Assembly (NCBI RefSeq): GCF_964355755.1
Contig: NC_092672.1
Location: 7,936,001 to 8,000,000, forward strand
Direction of reading: 5' to 3'
Source of the DNA: Antedon mediterranea
Taxonomy: Eukaryota; Animalia; Echinodermata
Length of the DNA: 64,000 bases
Numbering within the stretch: the stretch's first letter is position 1; each line of letters starts with the position of its first letter. The translations under genes and the position numbers were made by a program. Shown in pieces: positions 35,124-47,679 of the stretch. Under the pieces are notes generated by a model. It saw nothing but the letters and a program-made list of their open reading frames with translations. It did no database searches and was not told where the DNA came from.

Positions 35124-38100
35124 TCACTGTTTTTGTCCACGAGTTGCCCTCTTTCTATAAGATGCAAACTGTATTTCAGGGTCTGTTTCATCAGGTATAA
35201 CAAACGATTGACATCCAATCTGCAACTCATTTTCAGTTTTCTCTGCATGTGTTCCTTCTTTCTGTATCGACCGTTTCCTCAATCTAGTTTGTTCATCATT
35301 GTTTTCTTTGATCTTCTCTTTCGTTTTAACATCTTTCTTGTCTTTTTTCGCCTTAGATTTGTGGCCATCGTCATCATTCGATTCTTCTTCAGATTTAACT
35401 TTGCTATGTGACCGTTTCCTGGTTAAATGCTCCTTGTCAATGATGTCTTTCGTAAAAGAAGATCCAGTTTTGTTTTTTATTACAAAACCAATGTGCTCAT
35501 TCTTTGCATTCTTTTTTTCTGTCACCAAAACTGTAGATTGGTTTTTTGGAAGTGATAGGTTTGTCAGACAGACTTCCAGGTTACAATTATTACCTCTTTT
35601 CTTCCCCTTCAAAGTTTTGGTCTTAGTTTCTGCTGAAGACTTTGCACCAGCCAGAGGTTTTTTTAAACTTCTGTTTAAAACATCTAACAGCAGGGTATTA
35701 ATTCTTTCCAAATCCTCGTCAGTGCTACTAACTCCCTTCTTTAGTAATGATTCCACAAGAAATGCATATGTACGTTTTTCTTGTACTGGGATCCAAGAAC
35801 ATTTCAAAATTGGAGCTATGGGAATTAGTTTCTGATAAACCATTTTCTTCAGGTGGCCTGATATATACAGTTTTCTAATGTTATACAAAGAATTGAGAAA
35901 TGTCACGTTGTCATTCCTTTCCTGCTCAGTACTTTTACCTAGTACAAGGTCACATTTAAAAAGTTTCTTCATATTATTTTGTGGAACCTTTCCAACTTGT
36001 ATGTCATTATTAAACAATATAATTTCACCAGCTTCAAAATCCAGACAATCCTCAAGGGTGTAAAACACTTTGTTGTTTGGTTCCTCTTGAAGGTTTACCA
36101 CCATAGAAAACGTTTTTGTTTCTGAAGGCATATGGTTCGAATCCTGAGTGGTCGGAACAAAGTCAAAATTTCTGACAACGGGCTTTGCAGCTGATAGTGT
36201 GAACATTTTTTGATTATAATTAGTTGACTTAAGTAGAATATCCTGATGCAAAACTGTCATATTGTTGTTAGACAATGTTAATAAACCAGTAGGTGATTTC
36301 GGCAGAAATGATCGGAATTCCTTTTGACCTACGGAAACTTGAGGGATACTTGTGAATTGAGAAACACCTGCTGGTACACATACAGTTGAATTTTGACATA
36401 TGTTTGGCAGGCCAGCAAGTTTAATACTACTAACCATTGGTACATGTTGAACTTGTTGTATGCCTTGACCTAATACAATTTTTGTTGTGATAGGCTGGGC
36501 AGGTTGAGTAAAAGTCAATGTTGGTTGGATGCTTTCACAAGGTAAAACTTGAAACAAAGCTGGGGCAGGTCGAGGAAAGATCGCTGGAGAAACAACAGAG
36601 GATTTAGGTGAACTTACTGGTACAGACACTGGAGAGAGCTGACGGAAAGTAGGCCTAGTACCTGCCAACGGAGTCAAAGCGACTGGAGCTGCAGCTACAG
36701 GTAGATTAGTAGAAATAGATGAAAATGCTGTCAAAGTAGGTAGAGTTGTCATCTGTGCAACAACTGGTGCGCTTTCGCCAATAATGGTAGCTTCAACAAC
36801 AGAGTTAAAAACAGATTCAACCGTTACTGTAGGTGTTTCAGATGACGCCATGTTGGTTTGAATCACAGATGTATTACCTGTACTTCCAAAGGTTGTACTT
36901 TGTACACCTGAAGCTGTTGTTTGGTCAGTTGGTTGTTCAATTATATTTGACTTCAGGTCTTTTACATGATCTTTATCTGGACTGCCTTCTCCATAATCTT
37001 CTTTTCTATGTGATATTAGAGTGTTGACATATGGTCTGGCAAATTGAACAATCCATCGAAAGTCCATTCCATTAAAATGACCTTTCCCAAGAAGACCACA
37101 ATATTCTGAACTTATCTGAACTTCGCTTATGATTATATTTTCACCAGATTTAGTTTTAGGAATGGCCTTTATCATTTCCTCCGTCAGCATCTTACATTGC
37201 TTCACTCGCTCCATTTCTGTTAATGGTTCATTGCATGTTTCTTCGCCTTTTGCAGAACTGTTTTGCTTGACTTCTATCTCTCCTTGATTATTCTCAGAAG
37301 GTGCTGTGTCATTGTGACTTGGTTTGTTCAACATGGTATTGTTAGTAACTTCTTTTTTACTTTCAGTTACATTTGAATCACCAGTAACAACATCAACATT
37401 CTCAACAGCTGTTTTATTTGAAACATCATTCACGGCTTCAGGAATCTGTAATTTACTTTCAGTTTGATTGCATACTTCATTAGTTATCATTTTAACAGAA
37501 GATTGTTTATCAATCACTATCTCTTGGTTGTCTACCTTTTCTAGAGGTTCATCAGACATTCCATTGACATCCTCGTTTTGACTTTTTGACTTACGATTAT
37601 CCATTATTTTGTCTGCGACTACTTCCATTGGTTTAGGTAGCAAATTGTTCACATCATTACTGACTACATTTTGTTGCTCACTTAATTCTGCAGAATCTTT
37701 CTGTACATTTGGTAAGCCATCTTTTGATAGGTTCTCAGCATTTCCAATAGATTGACATGCAGCTTTTGGAGAAGGTAACTTAGCATTTTCAGATTGTTCA
37801 TTTTTGTTTCCTTCTTGCTTAATATCACTTTTATCCTGGTCTGTTTTGGACTGCTGATTTTCTTCTTGGGTGGTTATGGCCTGTTCAGTTTTGAGTGCTT
37901 TTTCTATATTTATGGGTTGAGGTTCGGTTGATTCTGATTTTGGATCTTTACTTTTGTCATCAGGTGCATCTTGCTTGTCTAAATTAATTGTTTTTACATC
38001 TTTGAAAGGCTTGTCTGAAGGTTGACCATCACTTGGTTTGTCAATCGCTACAACAGGATCTGCTTGTTTCTCTGCTTTCTTTAATTCTGTTATATGTTTC

Positions 38101-40059
38101 ACAAGAGTACTATTAACAATTGTTTGTGCAGCATTACGAATAGCAAGAAGCTGGACATGCAAATCTAGTATACATTCCTGCTTCTGTTTCAAAGAATAAC
38201 TGGTGACTTCTCTACTTCTCCTGCGCAATGTTGATGAGTGAGTTAACTTCCAAGCTTCTTGCAAAATGCATGAATCGACTGCTTCACTGAACATGCGTTG
38301 CATTACTTCAGTGTTCAAACCAAAATTTGTCAAAATACTGGGGTCATCCATTACGGACAAAGGTGATTTGGTATAATCAAATGTTCGCATTTTAATATCT
38401 TCTTCACTAGGAAACAGAGGGCAATTATCAAATTCTTCATTTAAGTTCCCAAGTGGTATTTTATATTTTAGGTCCTTATCATTAATTTTATATTGTGAAT
38501 GTCTCTTTAAAAGTTTCTTAAGCTCAAGTGATTGCTTGTGTTGCGCAAGCCTACAAGCTAGATTAACACGCTCAACTTGCTTACCAAGATTAAATGAACC
38601 TTTTGGTCTTAGGTTACTGTAAACAGTTGAGGTGACATGTTGTCCAAGAAATGATGAAAGCCCTGTGGTGGTCGATACCGGCGGGTTTAAGGCGACAACC
38701 TTGTTCTGAACAGGCTGTACTTGTTTCTTAGCTAATGGCGCATGGGTTCCTTGAATATGGAACATTGGTCTAGAAGAAGTATAAATTACTGATGGCGTTT
38801 TTTTCATAACTGGCTTCTCTAACATGACAGACAACATATTGGAGAACGGATCTTTTGTTTCCTTTGACTGCGCTATAGAAGCCAAACTTTGCATCATGTC
38901 ATTGGCACTGAGACTGTGCTTCTTGGATGTGGATACAACGTTTGAACCTGATGCTTTGTTGTTTAAATTTGACTTCTTTGCTGCTTCATCTGAATCTGAG
39001 TCGGAAATAATAATTGTTGGCACAGTGTTGCTTTTAGACTTGGCCCCATTAGTTGATATTTGTTTTTGTTTATCATTTTTCATTGTTTGGTACACCATAC
39101 GATGCGAGACTCGCTGGTGGACGTCTAAGTGCTGCTCAGTCGAAAACAGTTTATCGCACATTTTACATACATGAGGATGTGCAATCTTTTGATGTCTTTT
39201 CAAATGGCACTGGTTCTCAAATGAAGTGAAGCAGATTGTACAAGGAACTCGATGCTCCACACGCGTTGTGTGAACACCAAATTCAAAGGCATTCTTAAAT
39301 TGGCTTTTACAATTCAAACATTGTATACCTTTCTTCTCGAAAGACTGGTTTTTCCATGAGGTTTTTGCAGGAGCTGAAGGATAAATAATATTATTTTAAT
39401 TTATATAAAAAAGTATTTTAGTTATATCAAATTCACTAATAAAACCATTATTTTAATAATACACTTAATTCAATTTGATTTATTAGTTTAAATAAAATGT
39501 TAGCATAAACTTTAACTAGTTCATTTATGGGTCAATAATGAATAAGTAGTAAAAAAAAATTAATTCCTCAACGTACATATATACATAAATTTCCATATTT
39601 AAAATTGATGATAAAAAATAAAATTTTACCTATAGGTGTAGGTTTCTTGGCTAAAACTGGTGGAGTCAACATGTGTACAGATTTGATTACATTAGTTGTG
39701 TTCACTTTCTTTCGCAATTCAACAATCCCTGCCTTGTATTTCTTGACAATCTTACCATCCAGACCAACAACAATCTTGTGTTTTAGGTCGCTCTTTACAA
39801 TGTGTATCTTTTCTGATTTAGGTTTAATTTTTGGAGGGAGAAAGTCAGGCTTATCTAATTGTTTCCATATTTCGGCCATTTCTTCTTTCTTCTTATGATT
39901 ATTCATTATGTGGGAGTCGTAGGAAGTCTTGCGGTGAAACGATAATGAACATTCCTCACATTTAAACTCTGATCGTTTGACGTTCATACTTTCTTCAAAA
40001 TGAGAATCTCTTTGTAAAAGACGCAACTCACGGTTTTGACATTTATCTGCTTTGGCCAT
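35124..40059 (-). CDS. Large C2H2 zinc-finger protein (~1559 aa): four N-terminal fingers, long low-complexity body, basic C-terminus
   Basis: Coding exons 40059-39630 and 39373-35124 (GT-AG, phase 1, total 4680 nt). Fingers: CEECSLSFHRKTSYDSHIMNNH, CLNCKSQFKNAFEFGVHTTRVEH, CTICFTSFENQCHLKRHQKIAH, CKMCDKLFSTEQHLDVHQRVSH. Probable 5'UTR exons near 41703-41798 and above 42900. Confidence 0.85.
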
Positions 40060-41155
40060 GATTCTGTGGAAATACAATTCAGGAATTAATTATATATATC
40101 GCTGTTTTCTTAAGGCTTAATATACTGCACAGTAGTACCTCTCCTGAGTTCTTGTGGGTCACTAATTTCTTCAGGCAAGTTATATTTGTTTAGCCTAACA
40201 ATCATCAACAAGTATTCATGTGCCTACAAGTTATTTGCTTTACTCATTTTCTGTCATCAAAATGATATAATAAAAACACTTGCCTACAATAAATAAAAGT
40301 TGACCTCTTGCAAATTAATGGCCTAGTCTAAGAATTTGTTTTCTATACTATACCTGGTATGTTGCTTTTCATAATTTAAAACAAAGTACCATAGATGCAT
40401 GCAAGTTTAATAAAGGTAAGGTTTATAAGCCAGATGCAAACGTTTTGATAAATCGAATATCGAAGTCAAATATAGCCTATGACGCTCGTTTCACCACGTA
40501 GTTTAAGTTCTATTGATTTGTTGTTAGCCGAAACCGTTCAAATTCATTTCAATGTAAATTTTACATGTTTACAAATGACAATAAATTTACTTTACTTCAA
40601 TATGTGATACTGTACAGTATCACAGAATGTTAAACCCTTACAAAAAATTTAATTCCGTTAAATAAGCAATGTATTTTTTTTCCTTTACTGTTTTATTGAC
40701 ATTATTCACTATGGATCAGGGAATTTTTGTAAAGTATGTACCATAGCTTATTAATTTGTACATATTTCTAAAATTATGTAGCAAAAAAGTTACAGGTACT
40801 TTAAAAGTAAATCTTACAGTACAATTAAACAACATGTTCTGTTTTGAGTAGCCTTTTTTTATGCAAACATCAGACAAATATATTACAGTAACATTTAACA
40901 AATACCTACAATTACAAGAGATATTTTCAACACACAAATTATATAACATCATAACTGTAGGGTCAAGAAACATTAGTCAGGGAAGCTTAGGGTGGGTGGG
41001 GGGTTTTGAAGAAGAAGAAATTTGAATCTCCAACATATTTGATAATAGGCATACACGCTTCTGAATACTGTACTGTCTGCAGGAATCAGTAATGTCTATC
41101 GATTTTGTATTGTAATGTAAACCCCAAAAAAAAAACATGACACTACTGTACAGTA

Positions 41156-41658
41156 CAGTAGAACCTTCGTTTTACGTACCCTGACTTTACGTTCCCTGGA
41201 TTTTACGTACGCTTAAAATAACCGATGACGTCATCATTTTCTTACATTGAGGGCGCAATTTAACAACAAAGCATAATAAAAATGGCTGTGTGAGGAATTC
41301 TTCTGTGTGAGACAAGCTACACACGTGCATTCCCCTACAGCAACGACTGTTTTTATTGATAGAAAATACAAGAACATTGATATTTTAATTGACACTTTAT
41401 TTAAACATCGCACAGCCTGTATATACTGTACTTTTTTAGTTAGACCTCACATCTTGCTAGGCCTGCTAGCCTGGCCAGGCCTAGCTAGTGACCACCTGCA
41501 TGCTGTACAGTAAAGTAGGCAAACACGGTAGCCTTTAATATACAGTAGCTACCATCTCTACGTATTTGGGGTCAATTTAAGGTCAACCTTGATTTTATGA
41601 ATCCTGTGTTTTATCCTGTGGTCCCGTACCGTACGTAAAATGAAGGGATGTTCTACTG
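41156..41658. mobile_element. Tc1/mariner (pogo/Tigger-like) MITE
   Basis: TA-cagtagaaccttcgttttacgtac ... gtacgtaaaatgaagggatgttctactg-TA. Confidence 0.8.
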
Positions 41659-41899
41659 TACTTCCATACTGTAATGTACAATACACAAACCTTAAGATTT
41701 ACTTGCTTGTTGTATGTGTTTTAATAAAATCAATGAATTAGTATCATGTACAAGCCTTCATCTACAATCACCAATTATTGTGTCATCATCAAAGAAATCT
41801 AAGGAAACAATAAAAAAAAAAGTCACATGATCAACAAATTTAGTATTTCTTGTATATTAAAAATGTAGTTCTGTGTAGTACTACTACTAGGCCTAGTTA

Positions 41900-41959
41900 G
41901 TAAAAAGTCGGGGGTGGGCTTATACCCGAGTATGGGCTTATACCCGCGTCAGTACGGTA
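41900..41959. mobile_element. Right end of a pogo/Tigger-like MITE with CCG/CGG termini
   Basis: gggggtgggcttatacccgagtatgggcttatacccgcgtcagtacgg-TA. Confidence 0.55.
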
Positions 41960-42899
41960 GTAAGTAGTAAAAACATAATTAGTAACTACACAAAAACAAA
42001 ACTACAGAAGGGAAAATATATAACAACTAATTATTTTAAAATATCTCTCTAACGAACAGCATTTTTTTTTTCTGCTTTTTCCCATTTTTTTTTCAGTTTA
42101 TTTATTTTTTCATCCGTTCACTAAACTTTGGAAAATGATCACGTTTACTATAATCTTTTAACACTACAGATTGAAGTCAGTACACACGTGTTGGTTTCCT
42201 GTTAACGAAATGCAGATATCACTCAAAGTAATTATCATTTTATCATAATCAGTATTTTACAAAACAAAATGGCTTCCAAGCAGCTTCATAATGATGGTTC
42301 AATTCCATTTATTTTGAGGTAAACCAGATTGTTGAGTAATAATTACACTTTCTAATAACTCATTTTTTATATATCACAAGTAAAAAAAACATGTCTTACA
42401 AGTTACCTAATAAATAATAAATATGAAAACAATCAATGAAAATTTAACTTTATTTTGTTAGATTTAAAACAATTGTAATTGTGTTTTATAAAATCACATA
42501 AAACAAAACACCCCTATTCCATAAAATCGAACGGTCCAATGTTTTAGCAGTACAACCCCACTCAATTTTCTTACTTTAGAATAACGTATTTTTCGCTGTT
42601 GTACATAAATCGGTCACCAAGAACATGTCTCAAGAATTACTAATAATTTAAAAATACTCTTAGCTACGATTTCAAACAATCACAATCGTCATTTTGAAAA
42701 TGGGCGCTAAATATTATCTGTAATAAATAAGGTTACCTATAATATTCCCTATCTGATTGGTTTTAGCTCGGTGTCCGTCTTGGCGAAACCTGCAGTGTGT
42801 GATTCAATCACGCGGCCTAGCCTAGCCACATCAAGCTAAAATAATGCACACGTTGTATATTAGCAATACTTGACTTATGTAGATTACATTAGTACTTAC

Positions 42900-43212
42900 T
42901 TGGTTATTCTCAGAAAATATGAAAATAAACGTAAACAAACACCACCACCATATAAATTATCAACCAATCCAGTCGGTTTTTAACACTTCTTTGGACACAG
43001 GAAAAAGAAAATAGAGTGCGCTAGACAAAAGATTGTTAATTATGTACTTATATTTGACAGCGCCCTCAATAAATTAGAAAGATTCAATATAGTGTTTCCA
43101 CTGATGAACATAACAAATTGAATTGTTAAATCATAGAGGGCTCATTTCAGGTAAGAATCAAAACGTAAATAAGGTTTATTCTATCAAAGTGTGAGAGATA
43201 AATGTCATCATC
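42900..43212. promoter_or_regulatory. Probable bidirectional promoter between the zinc-finger gene and MRPL20
   Basis: A minus-strand donor (caa|gtaagt) at 42899-42898 and the MRPL20 ATG at 43213 diverge within ~310 bp. A CCAAT (~42964) and a GCGCCCTC motif (~43060) lie between them. Confidence 0.5.
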
Positions 43213-46200
43213 ATGGTGTTCTTAACTGGTTTTCGACTAATTCGTTCAAGAGGACCAGATAAATTTTGGAGAAAGAAGTTTATTTTTGACCAAGCTACCG
43301 TATGTGCATAATTCATAAACATCAGTACATTTTGTAAGGCTTATTAATATTAGAATATGCCTAGGCCCCCTCTCTCTCAAACAACTCGTTATCATCGTTC
43401 TCCCTCCTCGAGCTCTCTCATCAGCACCACCACACACGTGCCTAGGCCTACCCCCTAGGCCTAGTACAGTATACAAAACTTAAAAGCTAACTAGGTAGCA
43501 GGTAGACCTTAGAAAATAAAAACTTTTGTTTTAAAGAAAGACGTAATAAAATATTTATTTTAATATAGCCTAAACTAAGAATAGGCCTAATAGTAGGCCT
43601 ACAGACAGTAGACTAGCCTCTATCTATATAGCGTAGGCCTACTTACTTTCTGTGTAGGCCTCAGTCAGGGCCTGCCTAGGCCCTAGTGAAATTATTCTAC
43701 CTACCCGGATCTACCTGGATTTTGAGTGATTTTGATCGTGACCAGAACATATTTTTCTTATATGGACTGTATTTAGGTTAGACCAGTGCGGTTTTAAATT
43801 GGTTTAGATTTTGAGATTCAATCACATTTTTTGGCAAAGAGTTCCAACAATTTATAGTTCTTATACAGAACATATTCTGTCTTGTTTTCGATTTCACTTT
43901 TGGTTTCTGTATTTTATAGCTGATGACCCCTTGTACTGAACACTCTACTCATCTACTTTATCGATACCTCGCATCATTTTAAATATTTGAAGCATAACTG
44001 AACATTTTTTTTAAAATAAGTCATGTACACAAAATTTCACTAGACCTACAAACTTTTTAAAAGATTAAGTTCCATTTTTCATTTCAGAATTTCTATGGAA
44101 GAAGGAGGAACTGTTATCGTATAGCTGTAAGAGCAGTTCAAAGGGCATGGCAGTTTGGTCAAAAAAGTCGTAAAGTGAAAAAACGTGCTGCACGTGAGGC
44201 AAGTACAGTAAATCATCACCTAGGTTAAAAATGGTTATTATTATTATGGGCTGCAAATGGGTGTCTCTCTTAAGCCGATTTTCCACTAGGCGAATTTGTT
44301 CGCGCGAATCGAAAGCGTCATGCTATGCACATGCGTATTCGCGTTTCTGTCTGTCATACTGCCTTCTTCCACGAATTCTAGTTCCTTTGATTTTTCGCTT
44401 TAGCGTTTCTACTTTTTGCGAAGCGAAATATTGCGCAACCAATCAGAGCTCAAGAAATGAGCTATGACGCTTTCATGAGCGCTCATGCGAATCGAAATGC
44501 TCAGCAACCACGCGAGGAACATGAACGTCGCAGCTATTCGCTCATGTAGTGGAAAGAGAGTAGGCGATTTTTTTCTCTTCGAAACGTTGGATTCGCGCGA
44601 ACAAATTCGCCTAGTGGAAATTCAGCTTTAGGTTTCTTGGGATAGTGCATTATTACTTTCTCTTTTGTAACCTTTTAAATGTTGTATTGTTTAACTTTTT
44701 TAAATTGTTTTTCAGCTCTGGAATATGCGTATTAATGCTGCAGCTAGAGAGCATGGTTTGTCATATTCTACATTCATAGCAAATATCGCAAGGGTATGTA
44801 AATTGTAACAAACAAAATACTCTGGTTTATATCGTTATTGTTGATATAAAGTTTGCTGTACACAACGTATATACAGTTCTGAAAAGAATTTGACATTGAG
44901 ATCAATATATTTTGATCGTCCTCAGGAGTGAGAATGCAAAAAATCTAGGAAACTAGGAACATAAAGGAATTTGGGGGGACGGGTGTGAAAGTTCAAGTTC
45001 ACGTTAAAATTTATTTTCAAATACAAAGTAAATGAAATTTGCCTTCCAAGGTTCAAATTACAATAAAAATAACAACAATTAAAAACATACAATACTATAC
45101 AATGGATAAGATAATATATAAGAAAATATGCTATGTATAAAACATGGTAACAGTATAAATATTAAAATACTATATAAAGAATAAAAGCTAAAAACGGTAG
45201 TAGAATTTAAAACAAAAGTAACCAAATACTATAGCCTTGATATTGGAAAAAACAATGCCTCGATTGTTATCGGGGAACGATTAAAGGCCAATTTACATAA
45301 ACAAGCAGTAATGGTAAGCGGAAAACCACATAGCTTGTCCACGTTGAATCTTTATCTATCTTGAGCAGAAACCGCTCCGTGTTGTGTGTAATGTAACTGC
45401 CATAAGGAATTTAACAGATTTTATATTTGAATTATCATTACCACTGTGTAAATTGGCCTTACGTATGATTTTTTTTCTTTATTTTTTCAGTGTGACATTC
45501 GAATTGATCGCAAAATGTTGTCAAACCTGGCAATCTTTGAACCTAGGTCATTTCAGGTGAGGGCTAAAAACAGCTTACCTTTATATTACAATATTATTTA
45601 AAAATAAGAAGAGAAAGTGAATCTGTGGTAGTTGTAATAAGGTGATTGCAGTGGTCCCACATTAAATTAAAAAAAAAAATTATGGCCAAATTATTGAGGG
45701 TACTACAGTATATTATTTTAAAATATATCCAACTATAGAGGGCATTATCTTAAAAAATCAGAAGAAACAATCGTATGATAGGTGCTTTCTAAACGGGGCA
45801 TATATGTACATTGTGTTGAAAAATGCATCTCCAATGCATTTTATTGGACCATTAAAAGTCAACCAAATACTGTAGATTGTAAATGGTAAATGTATGCCCA
45901 ATTTGGATGTGTTTGTTTGTACCCAAAACAATCCGCAGATATTGCTCAAAATGTCAGGAGGTTTTTATTGTATGACCTCAGACTCACTCACAGTAAAGTC
46001 GCTTTAAAGCTTTAAAATGTCTACACTATGAAACTAGATTGTCAAAAAGTGTGATGTGCCCAAATACGGTAGTGATATGACATCAACGTGTCCATATATG
46101 GGCACATCACATTTGTTGTCACATTAAAGTTTTATATTGTAGACAGAGATTTATTAATGTGTCATATCTTTCAGAGTTTAATAGAGTTAGCAAAGGCCAA

Positions 46201-46363
46201 ACAAGATGAAATCTTAGTGAGAAACTTAAAAGCAAATCCTGATATTTTAATGCAGCGCTTTACAACACAAGAAGACATACTGGCTGAAAGACTACAGAGT
46301 TTAAAGGTTAATGGGTCTAAGACAGAGGGCAGCAGACAACTTTCTGATGGTACACCTGTATGA
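43213..46363 (+). CDS. MRPL20: Mitochondrial large-subunit ribosomal protein L20 (bL20m), 176 aa
   Basis: Exons 43213-43299, 44088-44198, 44716-44793, 45491-45556, 46175-46363 give MVFLTGFRLIRSRGPDKFWRKK..NFYGRRRNCYRIAVRAVQRAW..LWNMRINAAAREHGLSYSTFI..IDRKMLSNLAIFEPRSFQSL, the L20 signature. This gene is mostly missed by the ORF track. Confidence 0.95.
44273..44627. mobile_element. Harbinger-like MITE family C in MRPL20 intron 2, with a second copy at 47071-47380
   Basis: TIR agccgattttccactaggcgaatttgttcgcgcgaatc / gattcgcgcgaacaaattcgcctagtggaaattcagct. TTA duplication in both copies. Confidence 0.85.
45285..45459. mobile_element. Harbinger-like MITE family D, with an inverted copy at 46784-46963
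   Basis: TIR aggccaatttaca / tgtaaattggcct. The interiors of the two copies are reverse complements. Confidence 0.75.
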
Positions 46364-47547
46364 AGAGAAATATTTTATAAAATTTACTTGTTGGATGAAA
46401 AGATGTTTGAGCACAAGTGATGAAACTACACAAGCTAAGAAATCATTATTTAAATAACTGATGAAACTTATATTGACTTGTTCGGTAACTTTGGCATTGA
46501 AACAAACAATGAAGCTAATTTATACAAACTACTTATTATTGTGGTATAACATAAGTAACTGCAATGTTACAATGTGTCTACATAACAGGCAGTGTGATCT
46601 AAATTGTGTACATGCAATGCTGTGGGGTAGAGTTTGAAACATTTAAATACACTACCCACGTGTGTGATACACAATTAAAACAAACATTGGTTTAACGTGC
46701 AGTTGAAAATAGAATAAAAGCTGTGTTCTTAAAAAAATTCTTTTTCTGATTTGTAAGCCTTAGATTGGATAGTAAGATCAATAAGGCCAATTTACACAGA
46801 CGAGCAGTAACGGTTATAAATATATAGAATCTATTTCTTATGACCATTTACACAAAACGTGGATCAGACATGCGGTTTCTGCTCAGGATAGATACAGACT
46901 CTATGTGGAACAAGCTAAACGGTTTTCTGCTTACAGTTTTCGCTTGTCTGTGTAAATTGGCCTTTATAGCCCATTTACTCTATAACACCGAATCTAACTA
47001 GAAGCCCAACCCTTATTTATATATATACACTTATATTGGAGAGAGGTATGCAGTATTACTTGTGTCCTTAAGCCCGTTTTCCACTAGGCGAATCAAAAGT
47101 GTATGCCATCTTCCACAAATTCTAGTTCCTTGAGTTTCTCGCTCCAGCGAAATTAGTAGTTCAAATAGTTTCTACTTTTTGTGATCCAAAACATTCCAAA
47201 GCCAATCAGAGCTCGAGAAATTAGCTATGACGCATTTATGAGCACTCATGCAAATCGAAAAGCTCAGCAGACATGCGATGGGAATGAAAATCACTCTTGT
47301 AGTGGAAAGGGTAGCGTGAGCTGTTTTGTCTACATAACATTGGATTTGTGCGAACAAATTCACTTAGTGGTAAACTTGCTTTAAGCAAGATACTTTACCC
47401 TTGTTCTTCGAATTGGACGTCATTACACTGGTAAAAAAAAAAGTAGGGATTGTTTTGTGCATACTGATCTGTACTGGGCTCTCTGTAACCCAGTATAAAG
47501 TAAGTATACAAAAAAGGTAAAATGTGTAAAAATATAAACACTGCACT

Positions 47548-47679
47548 CAAATTTTCGTTTCTAGTGAAGGACAAAATTATGTTGGAACTTACCCAACGTT
47601 TCATGCGTTATCATCATCAACGCATGAAACGTTGGGCAAGTTCAACGTAATGTTGTCCTTCACTAGAAACGAAAATTTG
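47548..47679. repeat. Fold-back inverted repeat (~60-bp arms) derived from a Penelope-like end
   Basis: caaattttcgtttctagtgaaggacaa..cccaacgtttcatgcgtt-atcatcatc-aacgcatgaaacgttggg..ttgtccttcactagaaacgaaaatttg. The arms are homologous to 28282-28344. Confidence 0.8.

Noticed and set aside
35299-39898. Plus-strand ORFs opposite the zinc-finger gene
   Set aside because: They are antisense shadows of a long coding exon with no independent motifs.
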